Shown here piece by piece: positions 43,233 to 53,615 of a stretch of 64,000 nucleotides of DNA. Below the pieces are notes generated by a model, which had not been told where the DNA came from, ran no database searches, and saw only the letters and a program-made list of their open reading frames with translations. Source of the stretch: an uncultured cyanobacterium. Lineage in GTDB: Bacteria > Cyanobacteriota > Cyanobacteriia > Cyanobacteriales > CAWUOF01. The stretch's first letter is position 1, and each line of letters starts with the position of its first letter. The position numbers and the translations under genes are program-made. Where the stretch lies: positions 1,216,001-1,280,000 of the forward strand of contig CAVUSO010000001.1 in the NCBI GenBank assembly GCA_963744145.1, read 5' to 3'.

Positions 43233-43745
43233 ATGCTCAAATTATATTATAGTAGCAGCTCAATCTCCTGCATACTTTTAACACTTGGTCCCCCAATGGA
43301 GCAACCCAAACCAGATTCATCTGTCTCCCAAGACAGGATTAATTCTAGTACCAATGAGCAAGAACCTCTCCACCGATCGCCAACTTTTGCTCAAGAGGTA
43401 GAGAGGTTACACCAACTTACAGTTTATGCCCGATGGTTAGTAGTGATGGTTCTATGGCTCACGATTGGGAGCTGGAGCTTATGGGATTTGCGATCGGAGA
43501 TCGCTCTATGGATAGATGATTTTACCTGGATCGCAGTATACTATGGTCTTGCCTATCATCGACTTGCTAATTTTGGTCTAGCTTTTTGTCTAGGGATGAC
43601 AACTGCTGTGCTAATCTGGCAAAGTCGAAATATTCTGTTGGGTAGACCACCTAAACTCCAAAACCAACTAGAACAACAAGTGCTAAGAATTCGTCAGCAA
43701 GGTTCGAGTCATCCCCTGTGGAAGTGGGTATGCAAAGATAATTGA
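43233..43745 (+). CDS. Hypothetical membrane protein
   Basis: Hydrophobic segments, C-terminal IRQQGSSHPLWKWV; start may be ATG 43296. Confidence 0.7.
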   Translation: MLKLYYSSSSISCILLTLGPPMEQPKPDSSVSQDRINSSTNEQEPLHRSPTFAQEVERLHQLTVYARWLVVMVLWLTIGSWSLWDLRSEIALWIDDFTWIAVYYGLAYHRLANFGLAFCLGMTTAVLIWQSRNILLGRPPKLQNQLEQQVLRIRQQGSSHPLWKWVCKDN

Positions 43746-43761
43746 TTCAGAGAACAGTTAA

Positions 43762-44574
43762 TTAATTGTTTTTTGGCTGGTCTTGGGGCATAATTGCTCC
43801 ATCCAATTGCGCTCCCGTGAGATACGCTCCCCAAATCTTGGCACCTTCTAAATTGGCTCTCTGGAGATTTGCTTGAGTTAAATCTGCCATTTTTAGCTCT
43901 GCTTCTCTTAAGTCTGCATGACTGAGATTAGCTCCAAAGAGGTTAGCTCCATCTAAATTTGCTCTATTTAGATTAGCTCCACTCAGATTAGCACCATTGA
44001 GAGATGCTTCAATCAGGTTTGCTCCGCTCAAATTAGCCCCTGCTAAATTTGCTTCGCTAAAAGAGACATCTCGGAAATTGGCTTGACTCATATCCGCACC
44101 ATTGAGTTTAGCACCAATTAGTTTTGCTTCCCGTAAATTGGCTTTATGTAAGTTAGCTTCACCTAAATTAGCTTCACGTAAATCCGTTTCCCCTAAATCA
44201 GCACTTTGTAAGTTAGCATTATGCAAATTAACCTCACGCAAATCGGTTTCATGGAAATCAGCACCAATAGCTAAGGTTTTGCTACAATTAGCTTGATATA
44301 GATCAGCTTCGCGCAATTGTGCCCCTGACAATTTAGTATCACTCACATCAGCACCGCTCAAAGAAGCTCGATTCAGACGAGCATCGGTTAAATCAGCTCC
44401 TTTCAGATTAGCTCCTCGTAAGTCTGCTCCAGTAAAATCGGTATTGCGGAGATCTGCTTGCTCTAAGGAAATTTTATATAAGTCCGCTTTCCGGAATGAT
44501 TCTCCGCTCAAGTTTACTTCCCGAAAACTTCTTTCTCCAGCAGCATAACGCTTTAACAGTTCTTTAGCATCCAT
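43762..44574 (-). CDS. Pentapeptide repeat protein
   Basis: A(D/N)LxxA repeats throughout; MDAKELLKRYAAGER N-terminus. Confidence 0.95.
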   Translation of the reverse strand: MDAKELLKRYAAGERSFREVNLSGESFRKADLYKISLEQADLRNTDFTGADLRGANLKGADLTDARLNRASLSGADVSDTKLSGAQLREADLYQANCSKTLAIGADFHETDLREVNLHNANLQSADLGETDLREANLGEANLHKANLREAKLIGAKLNGADMSQANFRDVSFSEANLAGANLSGANLIEASLNGANLSGANLNRANLDGANLFGANLSHADLREAELKMADLTQANLQRANLEGAKIWGAYLTGAQLDGAIMPQDQPKNN

Positions 44575-44721
44575 ATTCTTTACCTGTTTATGGGTCCTGA
44601 TTAATTAGTCTAATTTTTTTCAAAAACCTATTTATTTACAATACCTGAAAAGTTTTTATTTTGATCTTTTAATAAACTAAATAAAGTACAGCAGATTCTA
44701 TATTGATGAAGTACAGGAAGA

Positions 44722-45110
44722 TTGTGGGACAGGCATCTTGCCTGTCCGATCAATTCGTCAGTTAAAGTTGATTGTGATTGATCTGTGTTGGTTGGGCGGG
44801 TTTTTGATAGTGATCGATTTGGTGCAAAATTAATTGGTTAACCCGCCCCTACAAATCCTGGTTAATTGTGATCATAAATTCATGGCAGAAAATGTGTTTA
44901 AACATCAGCAATTAGATCACTTGTAGGGGCGGGTTCACCGATGAATTCGCCACACACAAATAACTCTTGTGCCGAGCGCTTGCCCTGAGTGTTCCCTGAG
45001 CCTTGCCCTGAGTTTACCCTGAGCGGAGTCGAAGGGCGTAGTCGAAGGGGTCGAAGGGCGTAGTCGAAGGGTAGTCGAGGTATTAATGAACCCGCCCAAC
45101 CCCACAGATC
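44722..45110. repeat. REP cluster with nested 24-bp elements (44966-45082)
   Basis: gggacaggcatcttgcctgtcc, gggcgggtt/aacccgccc pairs, four ccctgag followed by four gtcgaaggg. Confidence 0.85.
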
Positions 45111-45273
45111 ACCTGGATGAACTCACCCCATCTGACATCACAGACAACAGGGCTATACTTCATAAACCTGGAATAGGCTGTAATTTGTCGATTTTAACTA
45201 GATTTAGTATCAAAATAGACAACTAATTACAAAGATATATGATATATGCTTGCAGGTGTTACTTAATCCGAAA

Positions 45274-45843
45274 ATGACAGAATTAATAAGTAAAAAAAAA
45301 TTGCGTCGATCGCTATTGTTAACTAGACGCGCTCTCTCTCCATCAGAGTGGAGAGATTTAAGCGATCGCATTTGCGATCATTTACAGAATGCACCGATAT
45401 TTACCCAAGCAAGGACGATTCTAGCTTATTTTAGTTTTCGTCAAGAACCAGACCTCAGTCCCCTATTTCGGGATGATCATAGTTGGGGATTTCCTCGTTG
45501 TGTAGACAATTCTCTGGTTTGGCACCTTTGGACTCCCAATGATTTGCTCCAAACTAATGCTTATGGTATTCTTGAACCTGACCCCCATGCACCAATTTTG
45601 TCACCTGAGCAAGTAGATTTAATTCTGGTGCCCGGAGTAGCTTGCGATCGCCAAGGTTATCGTTTAGGTTATGGTGGTGGTTTCTACGATCGCTTACTTA
45701 GTTTACCACCATGGCAATCAAAACCGACGATGGGGATAGTATTTGGATTTGGTTATTTATCTCAACTTCCCATTGAACCGTGGGATCTACCTTTAGATTA
45801 TGTTTGTACAGAAACTGGTTTAGTCAATTTTTTGAGCAATTGA
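45274..45843 (+). CDS. 5-formyltetrahydrofolate cyclo-ligase
   Basis: YGILEP, DLILVPGVACD, RLGYGGGFYDR. Confidence 0.93.
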   Translation: MTELISKKKLRRSLLLTRRALSPSEWRDLSDRICDHLQNAPIFTQARTILAYFSFRQEPDLSPLFRDDHSWGFPRCVDNSLVWHLWTPNDLLQTNAYGILEPDPHAPILSPEQVDLILVPGVACDRQGYRLGYGGGFYDRLLSLPPWQSKPTMGIVFGFGYLSQLPIEPWDLPLDYVCTETGLVNFLSN

Positions 45844-45876
45844 TGGGACAGTCAAGATGACTGTCCTACAGATGAT

Positions 45877-47097
45877 TTACAAAGGTCGATAACGATTATT
45901 TGAAGACATATCGCGATTAGCACTCGCAGCATCAAATCCTCCAGTCCGGAAACGACGATCCAGATCCTGTGGATCAGGAGAGTGTTTTTCTGCTTCTTCG
46001 ATCGTAATTCGACCATTGAGGACTTGATGATAAAGTGCCTGATTAATTATTTGCATTCCTTCTGCATTTCCAGTTTCCATCAATCGGAATGCGTCTTCTT
46101 CATTACCCTTAAATAGATAATCCTGCATCGCTGGTGTATTCAATAAGATATCGTGAACTGCTGTCCGACGACCATCGGTTGTGGGGACTAATAATTGAGC
46201 AATTACAGCTACTAAAGAATCTGTAATCTGAATTCGCATTGCTGCTTGTTCATCAGCGTTGTATAGATTTAATAAACGATTAATTGAATTAATCGCACTG
46301 CGGGTATGCAATGTTCCCAATACTAAGTGACCAGTTTGAGCAGCTTGTAAAGCGGTATTTACTGTAGTCCGATCGCGCATTTCTCCAATTAAAATTACAT
46401 CAGGATCTTCCCGCAAAACTGCTCGCAAAGCTTCATGAAATTCGTTAGTATGTAGCCCAACTTCCCGCTGACTAATTAAACATTTACGGGAAGGATGAAC
46501 AAATTCGATCGGATCTTCGATCGTCACTATATGTTTAGCTGCTGATTCGTTCAAGTATCGAATCATCGCAGCTAAGGTGCTAGATTTCCCAGAACCGGTC
46601 GGACCTGTCACTAATACTAATCCCTGGGGATGGGTGATGATCTCTTTGAGTACAGTTGGTAAACCCAACTCATCAATGGAAGGAATATTTAAGCTAATTA
46701 ACCGTAGGACTATTGCTCCTCCGGTTAAAGCTTCAAAACAATTAACCCGGCAACGTACTAACCCAGGATAATATATAGCTGTATCAAGTTCTTTATTGTC
46801 TGCGAAGAGCTTTCTTTGACTTGGATTCAGGATTTGATTCAAATAAGCTTGAAAAACTTCTGGGGTTACTCTTGCTTGACCCGATTGTTTGACGATCTGT
46901 CCCCGAATCCGATATCTTGGAGTTTGACCTACTCGAATATGGATATCAGACGCAAGTTGAGCATGAGCATCTTTGACCATTTGCTCAATTGAAAAAACTT
47001 TACCACTCGCAGGTTTTGCTGATGCTGCTGATGCTGGTGGTGCTGCTGGTCCTGGAGGAGATGGAATGCTGGGCTGGGGTGCTTTAGCACTGTTCAT
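45877..47097 (-). CDS. pilT: Type IV pilus PilT-family ATPase (PilT2-like, Pro-rich N-terminus)
   Basis: SDIHI, GPTGSGKS, TIEDPIEF, LREDPDVILIGEMRD, TGHLVLGTLH. Confidence 0.92.
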   Translation of the reverse strand: MNSAKAPQPSIPSPPGPAAPPASAASAKPASGKVFSIEQMVKDAHAQLASDIHIRVGQTPRYRIRGQIVKQSGQARVTPEVFQAYLNQILNPSQRKLFADNKELDTAIYYPGLVRCRVNCFEALTGGAIVLRLISLNIPSIDELGLPTVLKEIITHPQGLVLVTGPTGSGKSSTLAAMIRYLNESAAKHIVTIEDPIEFVHPSRKCLISQREVGLHTNEFHEALRAVLREDPDVILIGEMRDRTTVNTALQAAQTGHLVLGTLHTRSAINSINRLLNLYNADEQAAMRIQITDSLVAVIAQLLVPTTDGRRTAVHDILLNTPAMQDYLFKGNEEDAFRLMETGNAEGMQIINQALYHQVLNGRITIEEAEKHSPDPQDLDRRFRTGGFDAASANRDMSSNNRYRPL

Positions 47098-47420
47098 TTT
47101 TTTTGTTTAGTTAAGGTAAACTGTTACGGATGACTGTTTTATTTCCTAATTTTGTGCTTACTCCATAAACCAGCGATCGCCAAGTATCCTTGGTTTGCTG
47201 ATTTATTTTTATTCTTTTTGCTCCTCAGCGCACCCTATCTAAATTTATCCAATTTCATCCGTAAATATACGGAATATTTTAACTAAAAAAAATCACAAAA
47301 ATCAGCTTTCTTATACTTTTTTAATAAAAAATTTGTCTGTTTGGACATTCTCTAGGAAAATGTACTTATGAATACATTTTCCTGGTGATCAGTCCAGTTA
47401 CACCAAACTCAGAGGGAAAC

Positions 47421-48044
47421 TTAAGTTTGGATTTGCTTGACAAAATTAGATAAGATGGTTAAACCCGCAGGGGCAGATTTTTCCGGGTGGAATTGAACTG
47501 CGGTAAGATTATTTTGAGCGATCGCTGCTGTAATTGTTTGACTTCCATGGGTTACGGTTGCAGCTCTCACTTGGGGATCACTCGGATCAACATAGTAGGA
47601 ATGGACAAAATAGACCCAAGGATCAGGGGATAACTGTTCCCATAAATTTAGGGTTGGTTGAGTTAATTCTAACTGATTCCAGCCCATGTGGGGAATAGTT
47701 AAGTCTGGTTCGGCTTGAAATCGACGTACTACACCAGGAATAATCCCTAAACCTGGTTCTTTTCCTTCCTCACTGCGATCAAATAAAATTTGTAATCCCA
47801 GACAAATCCCTAAAAATGGTTTACCAGAGCTAATTGCATCTTTGAGAGGATTAATTAGATCGCGCGATCGCAAATTTTGAATTGCGGGATCAAATGCTCC
47901 TACTCCTGGTAATATTACCGCATCTGCTTGGGCTATGTCCTTGGGGACATCGGTAATGATTGGTTTTGCCCCAGCATTTTCTAATCCTTTACATACCGAG
48001 TGCAGATTTCCCATATCATAATCTACAACGGCGATTACTGGCAT
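47421..48044 (-). CDS. hisH: Imidazole glycerol phosphate synthase glutaminase subunit
   Basis: DYDMGNL, LPGVGAF, GICLGLQ, YFVHSY, QFHPEKS; ATG 48044. Confidence 0.96.
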   Translation of the reverse strand: MPVIAVVDYDMGNLHSVCKGLENAGAKPIITDVPKDIAQADAVILPGVGAFDPAIQNLRSRDLINPLKDAISSGKPFLGICLGLQILFDRSEEGKEPGLGIIPGVVRRFQAEPDLTIPHMGWNQLELTQPTLNLWEQLSPDPWVYFVHSYYVDPSDPQVRAATVTHGSQTITAAIAQNNLTAVQFHPEKSAPAGLTILSNFVKQIQT

Positions 48045-48072
48045 TGATTTTCTCCCCTGCAACTGACTATCT

Positions 48073-48600
48073 ATGATTCTATCAACTTTTATGGAGAAAA
48101 TATTTTTATTCACTTCTTTTGATATCTGGTTGTCCCATCACCAATCTAATTCCTCGGACGACTTGTTAATCAAGCTTTACCAGTCGAATTTATCTCCAGC
48201 TTTCACTTTTTTGAGAAAATTACCAGTTGATAGTCATCGCGCTAGTCAGATGGTAATTGCGACTATTGCTCAACTTCGTCCGGAGATCATTATTTGTTGC
48301 GGAATGGCAGAAACTAGGACAAAATTATCCCTCGAATCCCAAGCAACTAGCGATCGCGATATCCTAACGACTAGATTAAATTTAGCTGATTTAGTGCAAA
48401 ATTTAAGTCACACAGAAATTAGTCATGATGCTGGTAAGTTTGTTTGTGAAAGTTTATATTATCAGGTGTTAAAATATCTTCAAGAAAAGGATCTCCCCAG
48501 CTTCTGTATTTTTGTTCATGTGCCCCGGTTAAATGAAGAAAATTTATCGCCAATTTTAGCAGATTTTATTACAATTATCCACAGACTGGAAAATTTATGA
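48073..48600 (+). CDS. pcp: Pyroglutamyl-peptidase I (peptidase C15)
   Basis: SHDAGKFVCE, FVHVP. Confidence 0.8.
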   Translation: MILSTFMEKIFLFTSFDIWLSHHQSNSSDDLLIKLYQSNLSPAFTFLRKLPVDSHRASQMVIATIAQLRPEIIICCGMAETRTKLSLESQATSDRDILTTRLNLADLVQNLSHTEISHDAGKFVCESLYYQVLKYLQEKDLPSFCIFVHVPRLNEENLSPILADFITIIHRLENL

Positions 48601-50085
48601 TTGATCAGGACTGTGGCTTTACAATTATTTAAAATTACTTGCTTTCTCCTGCTGCTTTTGACCATTTTCAGCATGATTCTGGTCTTCGGATTAATCCCAA
48701 CAGAAATCGTCAAACAAGAATCAGTATTTCCGCTCCCAGGAAAACTAGATCAGATCCCAGTATTTAATAGTAATAGTCCCGAATTAGTAGGAAGTGAGGG
48801 GATATTACTCTCCACTTTTCCACCCCAAAATAAAAGAGTTCCTGCTGCTCATCTTAATTTTCCTTTCCAGGGAAGATTTGATATCTTTTGTCACCATTTT
48901 ACTGCTCTGGGAAAAGATGGACGGACACTTTACCTAGGAGTATTATTGCAAAATTTAAGCCGAGAAACAGTAACGATCAAAGTATTACAGTCAGCTAGTT
49001 ATTTAGCTGAACCAGAAGCACCTTATCTTGATTTATTTGCGATCGAAGATAACTTCAGTGGTGATGTTTATTCCGGTCCAGGAGATCGGGTAATGAATGA
49101 TATTTTAAGGGGTAAGCTCCAGAATAATTTACCGATTACCATCACCCTACTCTCTGGAGAGAGTCAGATGTTAATCAATCTTCCCTTAATGATCCAAGAA
49201 AATAATTTCCCCCAAAATGGGAGATCTACTTTCTTAAGATTAGCAAGTAACGGTCCAGTTTATGTTGCTAGTTTAGCCATGTATGCACCTGTAGTCAGTA
49301 CAGGTATTTCTCGGGCTCCGATGTTAGCAGAATGGAAAAAATTATTAGATACAGGTCAATTAGTCGAGCCCCGTGATCAATCTCCTACTCCTCTAAATAA
49401 TACCATGGGTCACCTAATTTATGGTCGGGTTGCTGGTGTTGCTCAAGGTTCCCAATGGGAAGGTACATTAATTGATCAATCAAGTTCAAATTATCTAACT
49501 ATTCCCCCACCTGGTCAAGCTTTTTCCTATGTTATTAGTAGTGTTCATCAGGGTACATTAGGTACTCAGCGGATTCAAAGTGCAAAAATGTTAGTGCGTT
49601 ATCCAGATACAGCCTATTTTGCTCATGGTAATTATGGAGTACAATATCATCTCACCATACCATTTTATAATCCTACTGATGAGAATCAGATTGTGGGTAT
49701 TGCGCTCCAAACACCGATTAAGGAAAATCAACTCAGCAAAAATGGACTAAGGTTTCGCTTATCTTTTTCCGAATCAATTGCTTTTCGTGGTACAGTCCGA
49801 CTCAATTACCAAGATTTTCGTCATCAACCCCAGATTCGCTATCTCCATTTATGGCAACATCGAGGTGAACAAGCTGGTAATTTAGTTACTTTAATGATTA
49901 AACCAGGCGATCGGCGATTAGTAAAATTAGATTTTATTTATCCTCCTGATGCTACTCCTCCCCAGGTACTAACTGTGAGTACATCTGAGCGTAATTATGT
50001 GATTCCGATTATGCTCAAAAACTTATTCTTTTTACTATTATTGGCTTTAGTTCGGAGGAAAAATTTTCCGAAAATTAGAGGTTAA
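48601..50085 (+). CDS. DUF3370 protein, copy A (start uncertain)
   Basis: PVFNSNSPE, GILLSTFP, YGRVAGV, HGNYGV, YPPDATPPQVLT. Confidence 0.85.
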   Translation: MIRTVALQLFKITCFLLLLLTIFSMILVFGLIPTEIVKQESVFPLPGKLDQIPVFNSNSPELVGSEGILLSTFPPQNKRVPAAHLNFPFQGRFDIFCHHFTALGKDGRTLYLGVLLQNLSRETVTIKVLQSASYLAEPEAPYLDLFAIEDNFSGDVYSGPGDRVMNDILRGKLQNNLPITITLLSGESQMLINLPLMIQENNFPQNGRSTFLRLASNGPVYVASLAMYAPVVSTGISRAPMLAEWKKLLDTGQLVEPRDQSPTPLNNTMGHLIYGRVAGVAQGSQWEGTLIDQSSSNYLTIPPPGQAFSYVISSVHQGTLGTQRIQSAKMLVRYPDTAYFAHGNYGVQYHLTIPFYNPTDENQIVGIALQTPIKENQLSKNGLRFRLSFSESIAFRGTVRLNYQDFRHQPQIRYLHLWQHRGEQAGNLVTLMIKPGDRRLVKLDFIYPPDATPPQVLTVSTSERNYVIPIMLKNLFFLLLLALVRRKNFPKIRG

Positions 50086-50099
50086 ACTAAGACTGTAAT

Positions 50100-50233
50100 C
50101 AATACGGTTCGTTTAAGGATATTTTGGGAGATATCGACGGAAGAAGGGTGAAGCATTCGGGTATAGGATCACTCGTTTGAGCGTTCAATTGTCGCCCGAA
50201 TGCTTCACCCCTACAATTAACCGAACTAGATTG
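50100..50233. mobile_element. Nezha-like MITE
   Basis: TIR caatacggttcgtttaag / attaaccgaactagattg; flanking repeats agactgtaat / ggactgtaat. Confidence 0.85.
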
Positions 50234-50274
50234 GGACTGTAATATAATTCGATCGCCTTATTTTTCTTCTCCCT

Positions 50275-51633
50275 ATGCTATCTTTTTTACCAATTTTTCC
50301 TCTGGCTCAAACTGTACCACCACCAGTAGTTCCCCAAGAAATCGTCCAACCCCAAGAAGTCCGACCATTACCAGGAGGATTAAACTCAATCCCAGTATTT
50401 AATAGTAATAGTCCCGAACTGGTTCTCACCGAAGGAATCTTACTATCTACCTTTCCCCCTACAGATAAACAAGTACCCACCGCACATTTGAATTTTCCCT
50501 TCCAAGGAAGATTTGACCTATTTATCCATCATATTGCCCAAGCAGCTAATCCCCAAGATTTAAGAACTCTTTATATAGGGGTAATTATCGATAATCCCAG
50601 TCCAGTACCAGTAACAGTAGATATATTGCAAGCAGCTAGTTATCTGAGTCAACCCGATGCTCCTTTTATCGAACTATCATCTTTCCTCGACAATTCTGAT
50701 GGCAAGGTTTATGCTGGACCTGGTAGTCGGGTGATGAGTGATATTCTGCGGGTAGTACGACCAACAGATTGGCCCGCTCAACTGGTGATTCCACCAAATA
50801 CCAGTCAGTTATTAATGAATTATCCCATCCCCGTCAAAAACCTTAAACCACCTCTCAATGGTCGATCTACTTTAATTCGAGCGCGAAGTAATGGACCTGT
50901 TTATTTAGCAAGTTTAGGAATGTTTGGTAAAACTAATCCCGATGGAAGTGAGCGGGCACCAAATTTAGGTGAATGGGAACAACTTTTAAATCAGGGAGGA
51001 TTAGCTGGTCCACGCGATCGCGCTCCGACTCCCCCAGGAATGACTACCGATCGGCTAATTTATGGTCGGGTCGCGGGAGTAGCTCAAGGTTCCCAATGGT
51101 TAACCCAAATTGTCGATAGTCCTGGTGCAACAAAACTAACTATTCCCCAGTCTGGTCAAGCATTTTCCTATGGAATTGCCACTTTAGCAGGGGGAATGAT
51201 GGGTACAAACCAAATCCAGAGTGCGAAAATGCTGGTGCGTTATCCAGATACAGCTTATTTAGCTAATGGTAATTATGGGATTGAATATAACTTAACTTTG
51301 CCCCTTGATAATCCCACTGAACAAGATCAAACAGTAGTAATCACGATTCAGACACCCTTCAAAACCGATGATGTGAAAGGAGGATTGCGTTTTTTAACAC
51401 CTCCAGGTCGTCCCGTTTTTTTTCGTGGTACAGTCCGAATTCGCTATAACAATGAACAGGGATTCCCTTCCACCCGATTTGTCCATTTAGTCCAACATCA
51501 GGGACAACAAGGAGAACCCCTAGTCCAGATCAAAATGAAAGCTCATACTCGACAATTAGTCCAAGTAGGTTTTCTTTATCCTCCGGATGCTACTCCTCCC
51601 CAGGTGTTAACGATTAAAACCCTAGCAGAATAA
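50275..51633 (+). CDS. DUF3370 protein, copy B
   Basis: Same motifs as copy A. Confidence 0.88.
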   Translation: MLSFLPIFPLAQTVPPPVVPQEIVQPQEVRPLPGGLNSIPVFNSNSPELVLTEGILLSTFPPTDKQVPTAHLNFPFQGRFDLFIHHIAQAANPQDLRTLYIGVIIDNPSPVPVTVDILQAASYLSQPDAPFIELSSFLDNSDGKVYAGPGSRVMSDILRVVRPTDWPAQLVIPPNTSQLLMNYPIPVKNLKPPLNGRSTLIRARSNGPVYLASLGMFGKTNPDGSERAPNLGEWEQLLNQGGLAGPRDRAPTPPGMTTDRLIYGRVAGVAQGSQWLTQIVDSPGATKLTIPQSGQAFSYGIATLAGGMMGTNQIQSAKMLVRYPDTAYLANGNYGIEYNLTLPLDNPTEQDQTVVITIQTPFKTDDVKGGLRFLTPPGRPVFFRGTVRIRYNNEQGFPSTRFVHLVQHQGQQGEPLVQIKMKAHTRQLVQVGFLYPPDATPPQVLTIKTLAE

Positions 51634-51955
51634 GCGGAAAAACTGCCAAAAATTTGCCTTTTTATGATGTTTCATGGTAAATAGATAAGCGAAAACATCA
51701 CAACTCGCTGATGAAATGGACGAATAGAGGATTGCCCAGTTGAAAATCTGAAACAATAATCCCACTGGCGTGATTATTTTTCCATGAAATAGCTGATATC
51801 CTAAGCAAAAGCTGGGTAGGGAATGGGGAAACTTGCTCAATTGATCAACTAAAATCCTCTGTCCCCTATTCCGATCGGCTCACTAAATCAGTTGTGTTGA
51901 TTTTTGGTCTAACCACTAACTGGAAATTACAGAAAATAACGGAGAAGGTGTGAGT

Positions 51956-52312
51956 ATGAAATCAAAAATCTTGTTAGGATGTTTTGCTCTAATCTTGGGT
52001 AGTATCCCCCTACCTAGTTTAGCTGATATAGTAGTTAATGGAAGTAACCTCCCATCTAAAGTGGTTTTACCATCAGACTTTAAATTTCCAGTGAACACTA
52101 TTGTTGAGCAAGATCAGACCAAGACAAGTTCCACTCCGATTACTGATCAAAATCTTTCAGTGTCTGATTGGGGGCAAAAAATTACTAACTGTTTAGTATC
52201 CCAATCACCCAAATTGATCCGAGCTAGCGACAAAAGTCCAGTGACTATTAATAATAAACAAGGGACGATCGTGCTCAATGCTAATAAAACACCAGTTTGT
52301 GCCACGAATTAA
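51956..52312 (+). CDS. Small secreted hypothetical protein
   Basis: Signal peptide MKSKILLG...PSLA, two Cys, followed by hairpin and T-run. Confidence 0.7.
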   Translation: MKSKILLGCFALILGSIPLPSLADIVVNGSNLPSKVVLPSDFKFPVNTIVEQDQTKTSSTPITDQNLSVSDWGQKITNCLVSQSPKLIRASDKSPVTINNKQGTIVLNANKTPVCATN

Positions 52313-52339
52313 GATTCTTTAATTGATCCAAATTTTCGC

Positions 52340-52411
52340 TACCTCTTTTTGATCTTCAAATAAGAGGTTTTTTCCGATAAAAAACCACCTAAATATCTAT
52401 TTTAGGTGGTC
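52340..52411. terminator. Two hairpins terminating the convergent secreted-protein gene and ssrA
   Basis: acctctt...aagaggttttt; accacctaaa...tttaggtggt. Confidence 0.65.
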
Positions 52412-52429
52412 TTAACAACTATGTGCTGA

Positions 52430-52818
52430 TGGAGCTTATGGGAATTGAACCCATGTCCTCAACAGGTATTTACCCCCCATTCGTTCACAGGCATAGCTCA
52501 TCTAATCCTCAGAGCGGGAATTATCCTTTATCCCGGATAATAGGATGCAATGGTTAAGTCTTAGCTAACCAGTAAACCAAAGAAACCTGGTTAGAGCATC
52601 CGTTGGGGTTAGGTCTGTTGTCCTTAACGGAGTCAAACTACAGACGCTCAACAATTACAAGAGGTTGTTTTTAGGCAACAGCAACTGCTTTACGAGCAAA
52701 AGGAACGATGTTGTTCGCATTTACATTTTTTTTGAGCCAGATATTTACGAGAGACGACTCACTCTCGGCCTGAATCACAGAGTAGCTTTCGCCATCAAGT
52801 CGAAACCGTGAAAGCCCC
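52430..52818 (-). ncRNA. ssrA: tmRNA
   Basis: 5' GGGGCT...GGTTTCGAC, tag reading frame ANNIVPFARKAVAVA*, 3' T-arm GGTTCAATTCC...AGCTCCA. Confidence 0.96.
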
Positions 52819-52924
52819 ATAATTTTGACTAAATCTACTCTAGCAGATTTTTGCTTAGATGTCTAGTATAGCAGCAAATTGCTAATTCAGCCAAATTTCG
52901 CTCTAAATTCGATCGGTTCTGGTG

Positions 52925-53057
52925 CAATCCGGTTCGGTTAATTGTAGGGGTGAAGCATTCGGGTGACAATTAAACACTGAAGTGAGTAGCATTAGACCCG
53001 AATGCTTCACCCAACTGCCGTCGATATCTCCCAAAATATCTTAAACGAACCGTATTG
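52925..53057. mobile_element. Nezha-like MITE, inverted relative to the 50100 copy
   Basis: caatccggttcggttaat...cttaaacgaaccgtattg with the same internal hairpin; no TSD seen. Confidence 0.8.
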
Positions 53058-53571
53058 GAGTCGATATCTGGTTGGATGCGAGATGGGTAGGTTCATCCAG
53101 GTTATTTGTGGGTTGGGCGGGTTCATCCAGGTTATTTGTGTGTTGCAAATTAATCGGTGAACCCGCCCCTACAGATGATCTAGATTGAATTTTCAACTCC
53201 TTAAATCCAGTTTTATCATCAATCTCTCGCAGAAAAACAAAATCTTCACTTTCACCAATAATTATTTCTGCGGTGGTGTAAATTAGACAACCTGTCATTA
53301 AATGACCACCCAGTGTATTACCTTTGCGATCGCTCACAGCAATATGTAAATGCACTCCATTGACTGATACAGTCCCTACTAAAGAAACAATTTCAAAAAA
53401 CTCATTAAAAACTTGACTAAAATTTTGGGTAGAAAATCTTAAATTTGCCTTTTTCAAACTCCCAACAGCCGTAATAATAAATCCAGCTTGAATGTTGTTT
53501 AAATTGACAAAACTGATTAAATTTTCCTTTAAGTCTTGATTTGGCTCTAACCTTAATGGGAATATTTTCAT
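53041..53571 (-). CDS. PPC/DUF296 domain protein with repeat-derived C-terminal tail
   Basis: LRLEPNQDL, EIVSLVGT, HLHIAVSD, GGHL, TTAEI; ATG 53571. Confidence 0.88.
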   Translation of the reverse strand: MKIFPLRLEPNQDLKENLISFVNLNNIQAGFIITAVGSLKKANLRFSTQNFSQVFNEFFEIVSLVGTVSVNGVHLHIAVSDRKGNTLGGHLMTGCLIYTTAEIIIGESEDFVFLREIDDKTGFKELKIQSRSSVGAGSPINLQHTNNLDEPAQPTNNLDEPTHLASNQISTPIRFV

Positions 53572-53615
53572 TGGTGGTAGGACAGGGGACAGGACAAGGG
53601 TATCAAAGAAATATT

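Noticed and set aside
44966..45082. CRISPR array
   Set aside because: No unique spacers; halves are nested rather than alternating; no cas genes.
51634..52430. Genomic island integrated at the tmRNA 3' end
   Set aside because: No integrase and no duplicated ssrA 3' fragment seen.
52430..52460. tRNA gene
   Set aside because: It is the tRNA-like 3' domain of tmRNA.
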